64,000 bases of DNA from a virus (Duplodnaviria > Caudoviricetes). Of this stretch, positions 34,780-44,333 are shown piece after piece; within the stretch, counting starts at the first letter, position 1; each line of letters begins with the position of its first letter. The translations under genes were made by a program, and so were the position numbers. Location: positions 32,001-96,000 of IMG/VR virus record IMGVR_UViG_3300037692_000137; one strand, 5' to 3'. The notes beneath the pieces were generated by a model. It worked only from the letters and a program-made list of their open reading frames with translations, was not told the DNA's origin and made no database searches.

Positions 34780-35262
34780 TCATCTCTTATATACTTCCAA
34801 TACAAAGTTGGACCCCTCAAATTTGTGAGCTGTTGGTATTAAATTGGCCTCGGTACATAAAGCAGAAAGCCATTTGACATCAAACATAACAAAGTGAAAG
34901 TTACCTGGGTAATCTTGTCCACCAAACATATGATAAGATACAAACTTAGCATCACCTGTTTGTCTATAATATTCCACAGCCCATTGCATATTTGGTGTAC
35001 GAATTTCCATTATACCACCATGCTTTAATAGCCTGGCCCATTCTTTAAGTAGACCAATAGTTTTGCTTATTGGGAAATGTTCTATTATGTCGCTCGCAAG
35101 TATATAATCAAACCGCTCATTGGGCAGGTCTACTGCCTCAACATTACCTACTATATCAACACCTTCTAAGGGGCGTATATCTAAGTTTACACACGTATAC
35201 CCTTTGGGGTATTCTTTGTATATGCGGTTGCCACAACCAATGTTTAAAGTTTTTTTAGTCAT
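34780..35262 (-). CDS. Class I SAM-dependent methyltransferase
   Basis: LNIGCG, NLDI, DIIEHF, RLLKHGG...IRTP. Confidence 0.88.
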   Translation of the reverse strand: MTKKTLNIGCGNRIYKEYPKGYTCVNLDIRPLEGVDIVGNVEAVDLPNERFDYILASDIIEHFPISKTIGLLKEWARLLKHGGIMEIRTPNMQWAVEYYRQTGDAKFVSYHMFGGQDYPGNFHFVMFDVKWLSALCTEANLIPTAHKFEGSNFVLEVYKR

Positions 35263-35268
35263 AATATA

Positions 35269-36393
35269 TTATTTTAATTCAAGTTCTTTAAGTAATTTTG
35301 TACCAATGACGGTTAAAGAAAAATTAGTATTTATATACTGCTTTAATCTTTGCCCTGTTGTTTTGGCGGCCTCTTTATTATCATAAACAAACTTCATTAA
35401 GTCAGCGCCATTTTTTACATCAGGCTCTGCCCAAAGTTGATCACCTCTATACCATGGACTCCATGGCATACCGTAAACAGGTGTTAGTGTGTAATTTACT
35501 AAATAGCTATTATCTTGTTTGGCATATTCTGTCACGCCGCCAAATCCTGTGATTACTACTGGATTACCGAAAGCACCAGCCATAAAAGGACCTATGCCAA
35601 AACCTTCTCCTCTATCTAATGAAACGTAGCAATCACCTCTTTCATGTAACCCATTAATTTCATCCTCGGTTAGCATGTCTGGTAGTAAATAAATGGGTGG
35701 GTATTTGTCCATAGGTGTCACAGCTTTTAGTTTTCTTATGGTAATTCTTATGGCTTCTTTTTCTTCCTCGCTGTAATCACTACGATAAGTTTTTAGTACA
35801 AGAGCCACGTCTTCATTATTCTGAAATGCATGCCAGTAAGCTTTTATAAGAGCGGTGGGGTGTTTTCTTTCAGTAAATTGAAATATACTATAAAACATGT
35901 ACGTATCCTTAGATACACCGCTTATGTCATAAGGAACTGCTGTCTCTACGTAACTTAAGTCCATACAATGTGGCACCACCCCTATAGGAATAGTAACACC
36001 ACTACGTTTAAATACCTCTTTATTCCACTCACAACCAACCAAAACTTTATCTACGTTATTATTTATATACATTTTCCAATCTGGGTGTAGTAAATCGGTC
36101 TCCCATATAGTGTAGCCAATGTTCTTCTTTCCCTTTTCCCTGTATCTAGACCAGAATTCCGGTGTTGTATGTATGATCACTGTATCATAGTCCACCTTAG
36201 TATCCATTAACTTTGTTAAAAGGACTCCATCAGCACCTAAGTCTGGTTTTGCTTTTTCAAATGAAATAGGATCTAATGTTATGGGCACACCAAGTGAATG
36301 GAGTGCCAGAATATTACCACGACAGGCTTTTGCATAACCTGAATTGTCTAGAATTGGCCCTATATATTTTATACCTTTAATAGTCATTTCCAT
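35269..36393 (-). CDS. GT4 family glycosyltransferase
   Basis: SGYAKA, TIWET, ERKH...LI, RGEGFG..P..A, GGV.EY. Confidence 0.9.
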   Translation of the reverse strand: MEMTIKGIKYIGPILDNSGYAKACRGNILALHSLGVPITLDPISFEKAKPDLGADGVLLTKLMDTKVDYDTVIIHTTPEFWSRYREKGKKNIGYTIWETDLLHPDWKMYINNNVDKVLVGCEWNKEVFKRSGVTIPIGVVPHCMDLSYVETAVPYDISGVSKDTYMFYSIFQFTERKHPTALIKAYWHAFQNNEDVALVLKTYRSDYSEEEKEAIRITIRKLKAVTPMDKYPPIYLLPDMLTEDEINGLHERGDCYVSLDRGEGFGIGPFMAGAFGNPVVITGFGGVTEYAKQDNSYLVNYTLTPVYGMPWSPWYRGDQLWAEPDVKNGADLMKFVYDNKEAAKTTGQRLKQYINTNFSLTVIGTKLLKELELK

Positions 36394-36466
36394 ACCTTAT
36401 AGAAAGTGCCTAATCCTGGTAGGCACTATTAAATATAATATGATTCCAGGAAACCTGCTTTTATAC

Positions 36467-36730
36467 TTACATTTGTGGGCCAGAGGGCATAGGACCACTG
36501 GCACTATCAGCGCTAATATCAAAAGTTACTACCTCAGCTTCTACCATAACCAAACGACTCTCATCCAGCCAGGTCCAATCAGGGATGTCACCATTCTCAT
36601 TTACTCTCTTTGGTTGCAATCCGTAGTGGATGCACCCAGTAGAATAGAAAGCCACCACCATTACAACACCCTCTAAACCTGTTATTTTATCTTTTAATAA
36701 ATCGCCGTTAGTAAACTTAGCTTCTCGCAT
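36467..36730 (-). CDS. Hypothetical phage protein
   Basis: KD.ITG.EGVV....Y.TGC..Y..QP...W.DE.RL. Confidence 0.65.
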   Translation of the reverse strand: MREAKFTNGDLLKDKITGLEGVVMVVAFYSTGCIHYGLQPKRVNENGDIPDWTWLDESRLVMVEAEVVTFDISADSASGPMPSGPQM

Positions 36731-36784
36731 AATAATGCTCCTGTAAATCTAATTGTTAATGTTTTACGTACAACTCTGATTATT

Positions 36785-37060
36785 TTACTTCAGTGTGTCC
36801 TCTTTTATATCATCTTTCCAAAGATGATAAGTAAGGGGTGTCCTATTTTCTCGGGCGGAATAATGACTATACTCATCTTTGGTGTCCTTTATGAATTGTA
36901 AATACGCGTGATATTTACAACAAGCAAAACATCTATATTCAGCTTCTAAAATTGTCCATGCGCCTATTGATGTTAAGTAGAAAACAACATATGGGCGTAC
37001 AAAGTATACCTTAGTTTTAGTAAAAAACCTATTAAATAATTTAATTATTTTATCAAACAT
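36785..37060 (-). CDS. Hypothetical protein
   Basis: ORF track, 91 aa. Confidence 0.5.
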   Translation of the reverse strand: MFDKIIKLFNRFFTKTKVYFVRPYVVFYLTSIGAWTILEAEYRCFACCKYHAYLQFIKDTKDEYSHYSARENRTPLTYHLWKDDIKEDTLK

Positions 37061-37091
37061 AATACCCCCATTTAAATACTGCTATAATATA

Positions 37092-37373
37092 TTATAGTGC
37101 TAAGCGGACGGTGGTTATATCTAACAAAATTTCACCATCGGAACCGCTGGTTTTTAATGCTTCACCAGTAACTTTGTATATTATAGCAAAATAATCGCAT
37201 AAAGTCAATACCTCTTTTGATACAGATAATCCAATCTCCGCTTCACCTGTTAAATGATTTATAGAGAGCTTTATATTACCTGAGGCTATTATGTTTGGCT
37301 CGTGGGGATTATTAGTTCCACGATAGTATATTTCAAACATTGCATACCTCGCTGGCTTAATAAATGCAATCAC
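37092..37373 (-). CDS. Hypothetical protein
   Basis: ORF track, 93 aa. Confidence 0.45.
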   Translation of the reverse strand: MIAFIKPARYAMFEIYYRGTNNPHEPNIIASGNIKLSINHLTGEAEIGLSVSKEVLTLCDYFAIIYKVTGEALKTSGSDGEILLDITTVRLAL

Positions 37374-37533
37374 AACTCATATAAGTATAACTATGTCTTT
37401 TAATAGTAGACTTAGGCTTAGGACGATCATAGATACGTTCTTTCCAATGATCCTCGTCGCCACAAACAGGACAGAGTGCGTGATGAAATAAATACCAATA
37501 GTGTTTATTTTGTTTTATTTTAGTAGCGTTCAT
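37357..37533 (-). CDS. Small Zn-ribbon-like protein (58 aa)
   Basis: Manual: MNATKIK..HALCPVCG..SCDCIY; abuts the thyX stop. Confidence 0.45.
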   Translation of the reverse strand: MNATKIKQNKHYWYLFHHALCPVCGDEDHWKERIYDRPKPKSTIKRHSYTYMSCDCIY

Positions 37534-38349
37534 CTAAATTACCTCTTTTTGCGTCTCTTTCCACAAGCCGTAGCCAGCAAGAACTTCATCCTTCGTTGGA
37601 TATTTACCACAACTACGTAGTTTATTCTCAGAGCAGTAACCCGCTTGTTGGCATTTTGGCCCAACATTTTTAAAAACTACGGGTAAAGCCTCTTTACATA
37701 GGGCCAGCATCTCATTAGCCACGATACGAATTTCCCATTGTGATAATGTACAACAACGCAGGCCAAAGAAGTGTATTAAACTAACACAATTTTTTGTAGT
37801 TACAAGTCTAGTAATAGCAGCATTGGGCATAAGGTAACGAGCGTCCTCGCTCTTAATATGCAACCCTTTAAGCTTATTATACGCTTGTTGTATATACTCT
37901 AATGTATCAACATAAATCTGTTTAGCTTCTTCATTTTTAGCTATAGAAGGTGGAATTACAAAATTATTGATATCAAACTCCCCATCATTAGCCACATACC
38001 TTTGGGACTGCTGGGAATAGCTAGCCATGCGGTGACGTACATGTTGATGGCTATCAGCACGTGATATACCATCAATAGCAAATGTAAATTTCACATGTTC
38101 GAGAACACTTGTGTGTCCTGATTTAAATAGATGGTTTATTAAACCCTCTATTTCTTTATCTGTACATAAGTGGCCGTCTTTATTATCAGTGATTGATACG
38201 AAGCCTTCCTCATCTTCTTGCCAGGAATCCCCAACCCAGCCCTCAGAATAGCACTGTCGGCCGGCAGCAAATAATAGTTTTTCAGCATTAGCGGAAACAT
38301 CCAGTAATTTAATTCTTAGCATATTGTAACCTCTAGCCACCAAAACCAC
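37534..38349 (-). CDS. thyX: Flavin-dependent thymidylate synthase
   Basis: GHTSVLEH, SRADSHQHVRHRMASYSQQSQRY, ARYLMP, FFGLR.....QWEIR. Confidence 0.95.
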   Translation of the reverse strand: MVLVARGYNMLRIKLLDVSANAEKLLFAAGRQCYSEGWVGDSWQEDEEGFVSITDNKDGHLCTDKEIEGLINHLFKSGHTSVLEHVKFTFAIDGISRADSHQHVRHRMASYSQQSQRYVANDGEFDINNFVIPPSIAKNEEAKQIYVDTLEYIQQAYNKLKGLHIKSEDARYLMPNAAITRLVTTKNCVSLIHFFGLRCCTLSQWEIRIVANEMLALCKEALPVVFKNVGPKCQQAGYCSENKLRSCGKYPTKDEVLAGYGLWKETQKEVI

Positions 38350-38521
38350 AGAATGGGCAAAATTTTAAACTTTTAGAATATAATCTTTTACAAAGATCGC
38401 ACGCGTACTCAGCATCGGTATTACTATAGGCCTTTTCAGTTTCTTTTTTATCAATTTGTGTTTGTTTTTGTTCCAATTTAATAGTAACCTCTTCCATTTT
38501 AGTACTCCCACAATTATCTGC

Positions 38522-38547
38522 TAAAGAGGGGCTTACACCCCTCTTTA
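38522..38547. terminator. Terminator-like hairpin after the GT4 gene
   Basis: TAAAGAGGGG-CTTACA-CCCCTCTTTA. Confidence 0.6.
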
Positions 38548-38551
38548 AGAG

Positions 38552-40102
38552 TTAAAACGTCTCTGCCTTTATAACATTACTAGTTTGTTGTGCTGCTACT
38601 TCAACTGTCTTAATTTTTTGTGAAACTATAGACTTAGATAAAGCATCAAAAGTTTTAACCCAAATATTACCAACCGCTGTTTGCCAATCTAAGGTGCCTG
38701 TAACAAATTTATACGCCTGTTCCGCCTTAGTCGTTGCCTCTTCATAATTATTATACACATGTAGCATCTTGTCGGTTAGATCTTCTACATCGACTAGCGG
38801 GCGTCTTACCTCGTTGTCATAAGGAAGTACTGTCCATAGGCTGGGGTTAGTACCACTTTTTACAAGGTAGCCCACATCCTCAGTAATATTTTCTATCATT
38901 GCGGTGTTTCTAGGCATAATAACGGGTGTTCTAGTGGCCATGGCCTCTATCCAGGAAAGCCCCCAACCCTCACCAAGGCTAGCACTAATTACGCAGTCAA
39001 CACAATTATATAACATATTAACTATCTCTCTCGGATAGCCTTGGTTAGGTCCAAAGTTCTGAGGAAATATTATGTCCTCTGATAGACTAAAATCGTATGC
39101 TCTGCAAACCTCTGGTAGATTCCAACCTTGATCTTGTTTAGCCATATGTAAATACAGTAAAGTGTTTGGTTCCTTTTTACGTAACTCATAAAATGCTTGA
39201 ATAGTTCTAGGAATATCTTTACGTTGCTGATTTCTATTTAAATTCATGTAGATAAACTTATCTGAGTGACGGCCAAAATAGCGTTTTCTAAAATCAATTA
39301 CTTCCTCACTAGGCAGCGGTTTAAACTCACTAGTATTAACCCCATGAGGGATTACAGACATGTTGCCAACAATTGGATATACTTCTTGGCATAGCTTTCT
39401 TCCAAAATTAGCATAGGTAACTACCTCATCACAAAAACTAATGTTCTTTACCCATTCTGGTTTTGGTGTGCCGTCAATAGGAAAGTATACTATAGACTTA
39501 AAAGGTGTCTCCCTGTTCTTTTTAAGATGTGGTATTAGCTCAGGTAAAAAGTCTAATATGAAACTATCCTGCATAAAAAACAATATATCAAAATCCATTT
39601 TGGGAATCATGTTGACAATCTTTTTACGGCCGTACGGATCTCTTTCCGCATTATTACCAACGGGCCAAATCCTATACGGAAAATTATGAGGATCGCCCCA
39701 GTAGTTTATACCCAGTACTTCAATGTCATACCTGCCAGTTCTGTGTAGTGCCTCTAAAACATTACGACTAACGGTACCAAAACCTGTTGCCAAATATCTT
39801 CGCATAAGAACGTTACTTCTTATACCGCTCTATTAGAGCTGCTGCATGTTTCCATGCAAGTTGAGACTATATCATCGACCACTTGGGCCGCCACGCGCTT
39901 CCACTCACTTGAGTGTACTTCCTTTCGGAATAGTCGTTGTACCTTCCTCTATAAAGAGGCTTGGCTCAGGATTGTCCTCGACTTGACGTTAGGAGTTTCC
40001 CTGAATTCACGTAGTTATTCGATACACATTGCTGTGTAAAGCTGCACATTATTTACAGGTAGGTGTATCCATGTAACATAAAATTTTAGTCTTTCTTTCC
40101 AT
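38552..40102 (-). CDS. GT4 glycosyltransferase split by a group I intron (exon 1 40102-40055, exon 2 39790-38552)
   Basis: The spliced product reads MERKTKILCYMDTPTC|ATGFGTVSRNV in frame; AAGGAG SD before 40102; NRNQQRKD, EGWGL..IEAMA. Confidence 0.9.
39791..40054 (-). ncRNA. Group I self-splicing intron, 264 nt, no internal ORF
   Basis: Exon ends in U with a P1 U-G pair to GCAG; core AATTCAGGGAAAC (P), AATCCTGAGCCAAG (Q), CAACGACTA (R), GATATAGTCT (S; P7 GACTA/TAGTC); GNRA-capped P9; terminal G. Confidence 0.92.
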
Positions 40103-40111
40103 AAAATCTCC

Positions 40112-40801
40112 TTAATTGTTTAATAATCTTTCACGATTACACATTAAAATTGAATACCAATTCTTGTGCCAAGTTCTATCTGTATTAGCACGAGAATTGC
40201 AACTTCTACATATAGTTATTAAATTAATAGGTCTACAGTCTTCCTTATCATAATTTATATGATGTATGGTTAACTCTTTAGTTACGCCAAAGCAACAAGG
40301 ATTCCTACAAATATTGTTATCCCTGTATTTTATAGCTTCTTTGTAAACTTTATCTTTCCAAGCGTCACAATAAGGTTTTAATGATACACCTCCTTTCCAA
40401 CTAGGGTTACCTGAACCAGTAATTTTAATAGCATGACAAGTTGGACACCTATAACCACCATTATTCCAATCTGTCCATGTCATAGTGTGTACATGCCCTA
40501 AAGGGCATTTGTATTCTAATTTAGTTTTCTGATTAGTGTACTTATCTGATAGTAAGGTGTACCCTTCTTTCAGCATAGCTCTACATATTGTAATCAAAGT
40601 GCATTTTATATTACCAGCACATTTAGCACACCTATGCCCATTTAACCAGTTGCTCCAACTTATAGAGTGTGTATGTCCTTTAGGACAAATATAAGTTAGT
40701 TTTTGTAAATTGTTAATATAAACACTACTCAATAGTATGTAACCTTCCGCAGCAAAGGACTCTCGTACATACCCATAAGTTAAGCGTTTACCTGAAGACA
40801 T
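40112..40801 (-). CDS. Free-standing HNH endonuclease with Zn-ribbon repeats
   Basis: CPKGH..W..GHRC..C repeats; NPSWKGG; IHHINYDK.....NLITIC.SCN. Confidence 0.85.
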   Translation of the reverse strand: MSSGKRLTYGYVRESFAAEGYILLSSVYINNLQKLTYICPKGHTHSISWSNWLNGHRCAKCAGNIKCTLITICRAMLKEGYTLLSDKYTNQKTKLEYKCPLGHVHTMTWTDWNNGGYRCPTCHAIKITGSGNPSWKGGVSLKPYCDAWKDKVYKEAIKYRDNNICRNPCCFGVTKELTIHHINYDKEDCRPINLITICRSCNSRANTDRTWHKNWYSILMCNRERLLNN

Positions 40802-40803
40802 TA

Positions 40804-41958
40804 TTATTTCTTTAGTTTACGCACATCTAAGAAGGGCGTTGTAAAATTTACTGTCATACTGTCTAGTATTTTAGCCTTAGCTGCCGGGTTTTTATCCATA
40901 TACTTTTCGACATCCGACTTATTCAATGACACCATATTCAGTAAATACTCTGGTGGTACTATTTGTTTAACCGCGCTAATATCATAAGTGGCCCTACTAT
41001 TTTGTCTAACATAAACTTCTTTACCCTCTACTTGCACATTTAATCCAGTAGTCTTTATACGATCCATTAGAAGTAATGACAATTCTTTTTCGCGCATCTC
41101 ATATATTTTTTTCATTTTTTTAATTTGCTGCCATTCATCTACTAAAGAGTTATTGTCTAAACGATAGGCTTCTTGGAATTTACCGTTAGAGTTTGTGTAG
41201 GCTTCTTTATACGCATTACAATACTCTCTAAAGTCACACCATGGACAAAATGTATTTAACGATGCCTTTACATCTTTTTCTTCTAAACACACCATTGCAT
41301 CATATACTAATTTAAGATACTCGGAGAAAGCTGCACGCTCTTCGGGTGTACGATAAGAGTATAACATCTCATGCTTTAATAAGTCAAGACTAACTATGAT
41401 ACGTTTTCCAGGCCATAGTATACTGGCTACTAAATCATACATAGATAATTGCTTATCTGTTTTCAATTGATCTGGTGTAGGGGCTGTTTTAGATGTTTTA
41501 TAGTCTACAATTAAAATAGTATCTTCATCTACTTGTATTACCTTATCGATAGCACCTAATAAGGGTACCCCTTCTTTGGTAACTACAGCGTCGCCGCCCC
41601 TATAACCAAATGGGGTTTCTAAACTTATAATCTTATGCCCTTCAGGAATGAAGTCATTAATTCTATTTGTTACTAACTCTATACCAGTTTGGTGTACTGA
41701 AAAGTCATCAAGTCCTTCTTTTACAGATGTTTCTTTAAACTTATTAATAATAAGCTCTTTATCTTTTTTACTAAATTTCTCCTTCTTCCGCCAAATATTA
41801 CCAGCTAGTTCTAAAGCCACGTGAACAGCTGTACCTAATTTAAACACCGGGTTATCTATTTTAGGCAACTTATCATAGTAGTTAAACCAGTATCTTTGCT
41901 TACACTGTAAAAAAATACTTATACGTGTAGCACTTATTTTAATATTATTATTTGCCAT
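40804..41958 (-). CDS. PD-(D/E)XK (RecB-like) exonuclease
   Basis: IS.....QC..RY, GAIDKV..IVDYKT, QLSMY, CPWCDFR..C. Confidence 0.85.
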   Translation of the reverse strand: MANNNIKISATRISIFLQCKQRYWFNYYDKLPKIDNPVFKLGTAVHVALELAGNIWRKKEKFSKKDKELIINKFKETSVKEGLDDFSVHQTGIELVTNRINDFIPEGHKIISLETPFGYRGGDAVVTKEGVPLLGAIDKVIQVDEDTILIVDYKTSKTAPTPDQLKTDKQLSMYDLVASILWPGKRIIVSLDLLKHEMLYSYRTPEERAAFSEYLKLVYDAMVCLEEKDVKASLNTFCPWCDFREYCNAYKEAYTNSNGKFQEAYRLDNNSLVDEWQQIKKMKKIYEMREKELSLLLMDRIKTTGLNVQVEGKEVYVRQNSRATYDISAVKQIVPPEYLLNMVSLNKSDVEKYMDKNPAAKAKILDSMTVNFTTPFLDVRKLKK

Positions 41959-42497
41959 TACGCACCCCTAATTAAATGATTATGAAGAGGGTCTTCAATT
42001 TTATAAAAATAACCGTACTCTTTTGTAAATCTAAATTCTTTTAACTTAAGCACTGTATCCATATAACAGATGACCTGAGATAAAGCGTCTACTATATCAT
42101 TGTAATGTTTATATTCCCAGTTTTGATCTATAATATCAAGTATAAAATTAAATACCATTTCTTTCTTTTTGGCTTTATAGTATGCTTTTACTGTATTAGT
42201 GCTTATTACATACGGTACTATATCCGCTACCTCTTTACATGTAAGTTTAGTCACACCTGCAAATTCTGCTAATACTTTTATAGTAGCCGCATTAAGACCA
42301 ACAAATATATCTTCAATAACTATATGAGTAGGTTTGTATGTTTCTAGTATTTTACACAACTCAGTCTTAAATGTCAACAACCTTTCTGCATTTTGTAGCT
42401 TAGCGGATGTTTTTATAGTACCAAAGTGTATACCGGTATCCTGGAATACACACCAACCTGTAGAAGCGGCTGAAACGTCTAAGCTTAATATATTCAT
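41958..42497 (-). CDS. ruvC: RuvC-like Holliday junction resolvase
   Basis: ILSLDVS..STGW, VIEDIF, D..DAL. Confidence 0.75.
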   Translation of the reverse strand: MNILSLDVSAASTGWCVFQDTGIHFGTIKTSAKLQNAERLLTFKTELCKILETYKPTHIVIEDIFVGLNAATIKVLAEFAGVTKLTCKEVADIVPYVISTNTVKAYYKAKKKEMVFNFILDIIDQNWEYKHYNDIVDALSQVICYMDTVLKLKEFRFTKEYGYFYKIEDPLHNHLIRGA

Positions 42498-43243
42498 ATA
42501 GATTTAAGCAACTCAACCTGCTCAGCTGTTAGGTTGTCTTTATTGGGTAGTTTCATCTTTAGTTGAATAAAAATATTACCCGGAGGACCCCCAAAAGTGC
42601 CATTCGGTCCTTGACCATATAAGTGTACTATATCTTTGTCTCTAGATCCTGGTGGTACATTAAAATGTATATCCACATCAACTACTTTTTTTGTTTTATC
42701 ACCATTGCAAACATAACATTTTTCTTTGGTTGTATTACCTCGGCCATGACAGTAGTTACATGTAACAGTTGAATGCATACGCATGCCCTGTGCTTCTTGT
42801 ATCTTTGTTAGATGTCCTGTGCCATTACAGTGTAAGCATTTATCAAAACTGGAGGCGCCAGTACCATTACATTCAGAGCAAGGGTTAGAATAAGATACTT
42901 TTATAGATCTATCTGCCCCAAATATAAAAGCGTGTATTGGCACATCAACCACATATCTTAAGTCTTGTCCTGAAGTAGGTCTATTAGCTGGCGGGCGTAC
43001 GTTTCTAAATAGCATATCAAAAGGATTACTATACCTATTTAGTGAGTTATCGTAATTATGCCTCTTATTAATATCAGACAAAGTCTCATAAGCCTCGTTT
43101 ATACACTTAAACTTATCCTCAGCTGTTGGGTCATCTTGATTCTTATCAGGATGATATACTTTAGCTAATTTACGGTAGGCTTTTTTTATTTCGTCTGTAG
43201 TAGCCCCATTATCTACACCCAATGTTTCATAGTGATTAGACAC
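42494..43243 (-). CDS. dnaJ: DnaJ (class A-type) co-chaperone
   Basis: J-domain with HPD; CxxCxGxG-type Zn-finger repeats; GP.G..GGPPG. Confidence 0.93.
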   Translation of the reverse strand: MSNHYETLGVDNGATTDEIKKAYRKLAKVYHPDKNQDDPTAEDKFKCINEAYETLSDINKRHNYDNSLNRYSNPFDMLFRNVRPPANRPTSGQDLRYVVDVPIHAFIFGADRSIKVSYSNPCSECNGTGASSFDKCLHCNGTGHLTKIQEAQGMRMHSTVTCNYCHGRGNTTKEKCYVCNGDKTKKVVDVDIHFNVPPGSRDKDIVHLYGQGPNGTFGGPPGNIFIQLKMKLPNKDNLTAEQVELLKSI

Positions 43244-43607
43244 CTGTTAATACCTCCCATTCAACGGAACAAACAGAGCACTTATATTTATTTTTAGCTG
43301 TTTTATAGGACACTGAATTACATTCCACGCAGCGAATAATACACTCCTCCATAGTACTGGTTGAATCAAGTTCATCCGATAGCCCTAGGATGTCATCAAT
43401 ACCATCTATGGCTAACATCATGTCTCTTAGTTCAGCGTCGTCTATAATATCTATGTCATCTAAAATTGTATCACCACAATTACGCCAAAAGCTCCCGCAG
43501 TCTGGACATATGTTGTAGTTAACTACAACGGTTTCTCCACACTTACATGGGTACTCTTCAACAAAAAAGATAGTTTCTCCAGCATAAGTACATTTAACAC
43601 AACTCAT
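43236..43607 (-). CDS. Zn-ribbon hypothetical protein
   Basis: Multiple CxxC, acidic centre. Confidence 0.6.
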   Translation of the reverse strand: MSCVKCTYAGETIFFVEEYPCKCGETVVVNYNICPDCGSFWRNCGDTILDDIDIIDDAELRDMMLAIDGIDDILGLSDELDSTSTMEECIIRCVECNSVSYKTAKNKYKCSVCSVEWEVLTGV

Positions 43608-44002
43608 ATTGCTTTATCTCCTATAGGTGACAACATACTAATAGTTTGTCCATAAATATCTACAGTATCTTCGTTGAATTTCAAAGCTATGGGCACAAAT
43701 AATTCGCCGTCCTTTAGATCAGGATACTGTGCTGTAGCGAAAAGAATTTTTGATATCGCTGGCAAGTACATAACGGCGGTTTTTTCATCTAACAAATTAA
43801 AAGCACCATCAGACTCATCGAAGAAATCTGGATCTAATTTGTGATAAGTGCCTTTTCGGGGTATAGTTATCTTGTGCTTACCACGCACTTTAAAATAGTA
43901 ACTTCTAGCCGGTAATAACGCTATCGTAGGGGTACCTATCTGCTTTGATTCTTCTGCCCAGTCTACTAAGGAAAGTGCCGGCACATCTATGTTGTTTTTC
44001 AT
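43604..44002 (-). CDS. Hypothetical protein
   Basis: ORF track, 132 aa; coupled in the operon. Confidence 0.6.
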   Translation of the reverse strand: MKNNIDVPALSLVDWAEESKQIGTPTIALLPARSYYFKVRGKHKITIPRKGTYHKLDPDFFDESDGAFNLLDEKTAVMYLPAISKILFATAQYPDLKDGELFVPIALKFNEDTVDIYGQTISMLSPIGDKAI

Positions 44003-44003
44003 A

Positions 44004-44333
44004 TTAAACTCCTTTTAATACTATAAAGTTATCAACTAATACCTCAGTCCAGTACTTTTTGTCGAGCCCGCCACAGTGGCGGCATTGACCATTATAACTA
44101 CTTTCTTCAATGTGTCCATGTATTTTTACAAAAGTTCTTGATGGTACTTCATTTAGGGCCTCCGCCATATTACCCCAAGCGCTAATTTTTATATATTGAC
44201 AACCAGGGTTATCGGCGGCTGGTATTGCTAAAGAAGCTTTAAACATAAAATTATTATTATCTAATTCTTTAAAATTAGGTTTAGTTATTTTACCCACTAA
44301 ACTAACAAAATTCTCACCAATATAGTCGTCCAT
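44004..44333 (-). CDS. SSB/PriB-like OB-fold protein with CxxC insert, no acidic tail
   Basis: N.V.LVG.I..P, I.AWG..AE, VKIHG.IE..SY, TEVLVD. Confidence 0.75.
   Translation of the reverse strand: MDDYIGENFVSLVGKITKPNFKELDNNNFMFKASLAIPAADNPGCQYIKISAWGNMAEALNEVPSRTFVKIHGHIEESSYNGQCRHCGGLDKKYWTEVLVDNFIVLKGV

Noticed and set aside
37082-37097. 16-bp palindrome CTATAATATATTATAG
   Set aside because: It is almost all A/T, overlaps a stop codon and has no matching -35 box; likely chance or a weak terminator.
39854-40039. 61-aa plus-strand ORF as an intron-encoded protein
   Set aside because: It is antisense to the intron's catalytic core and has no nuclease motifs.
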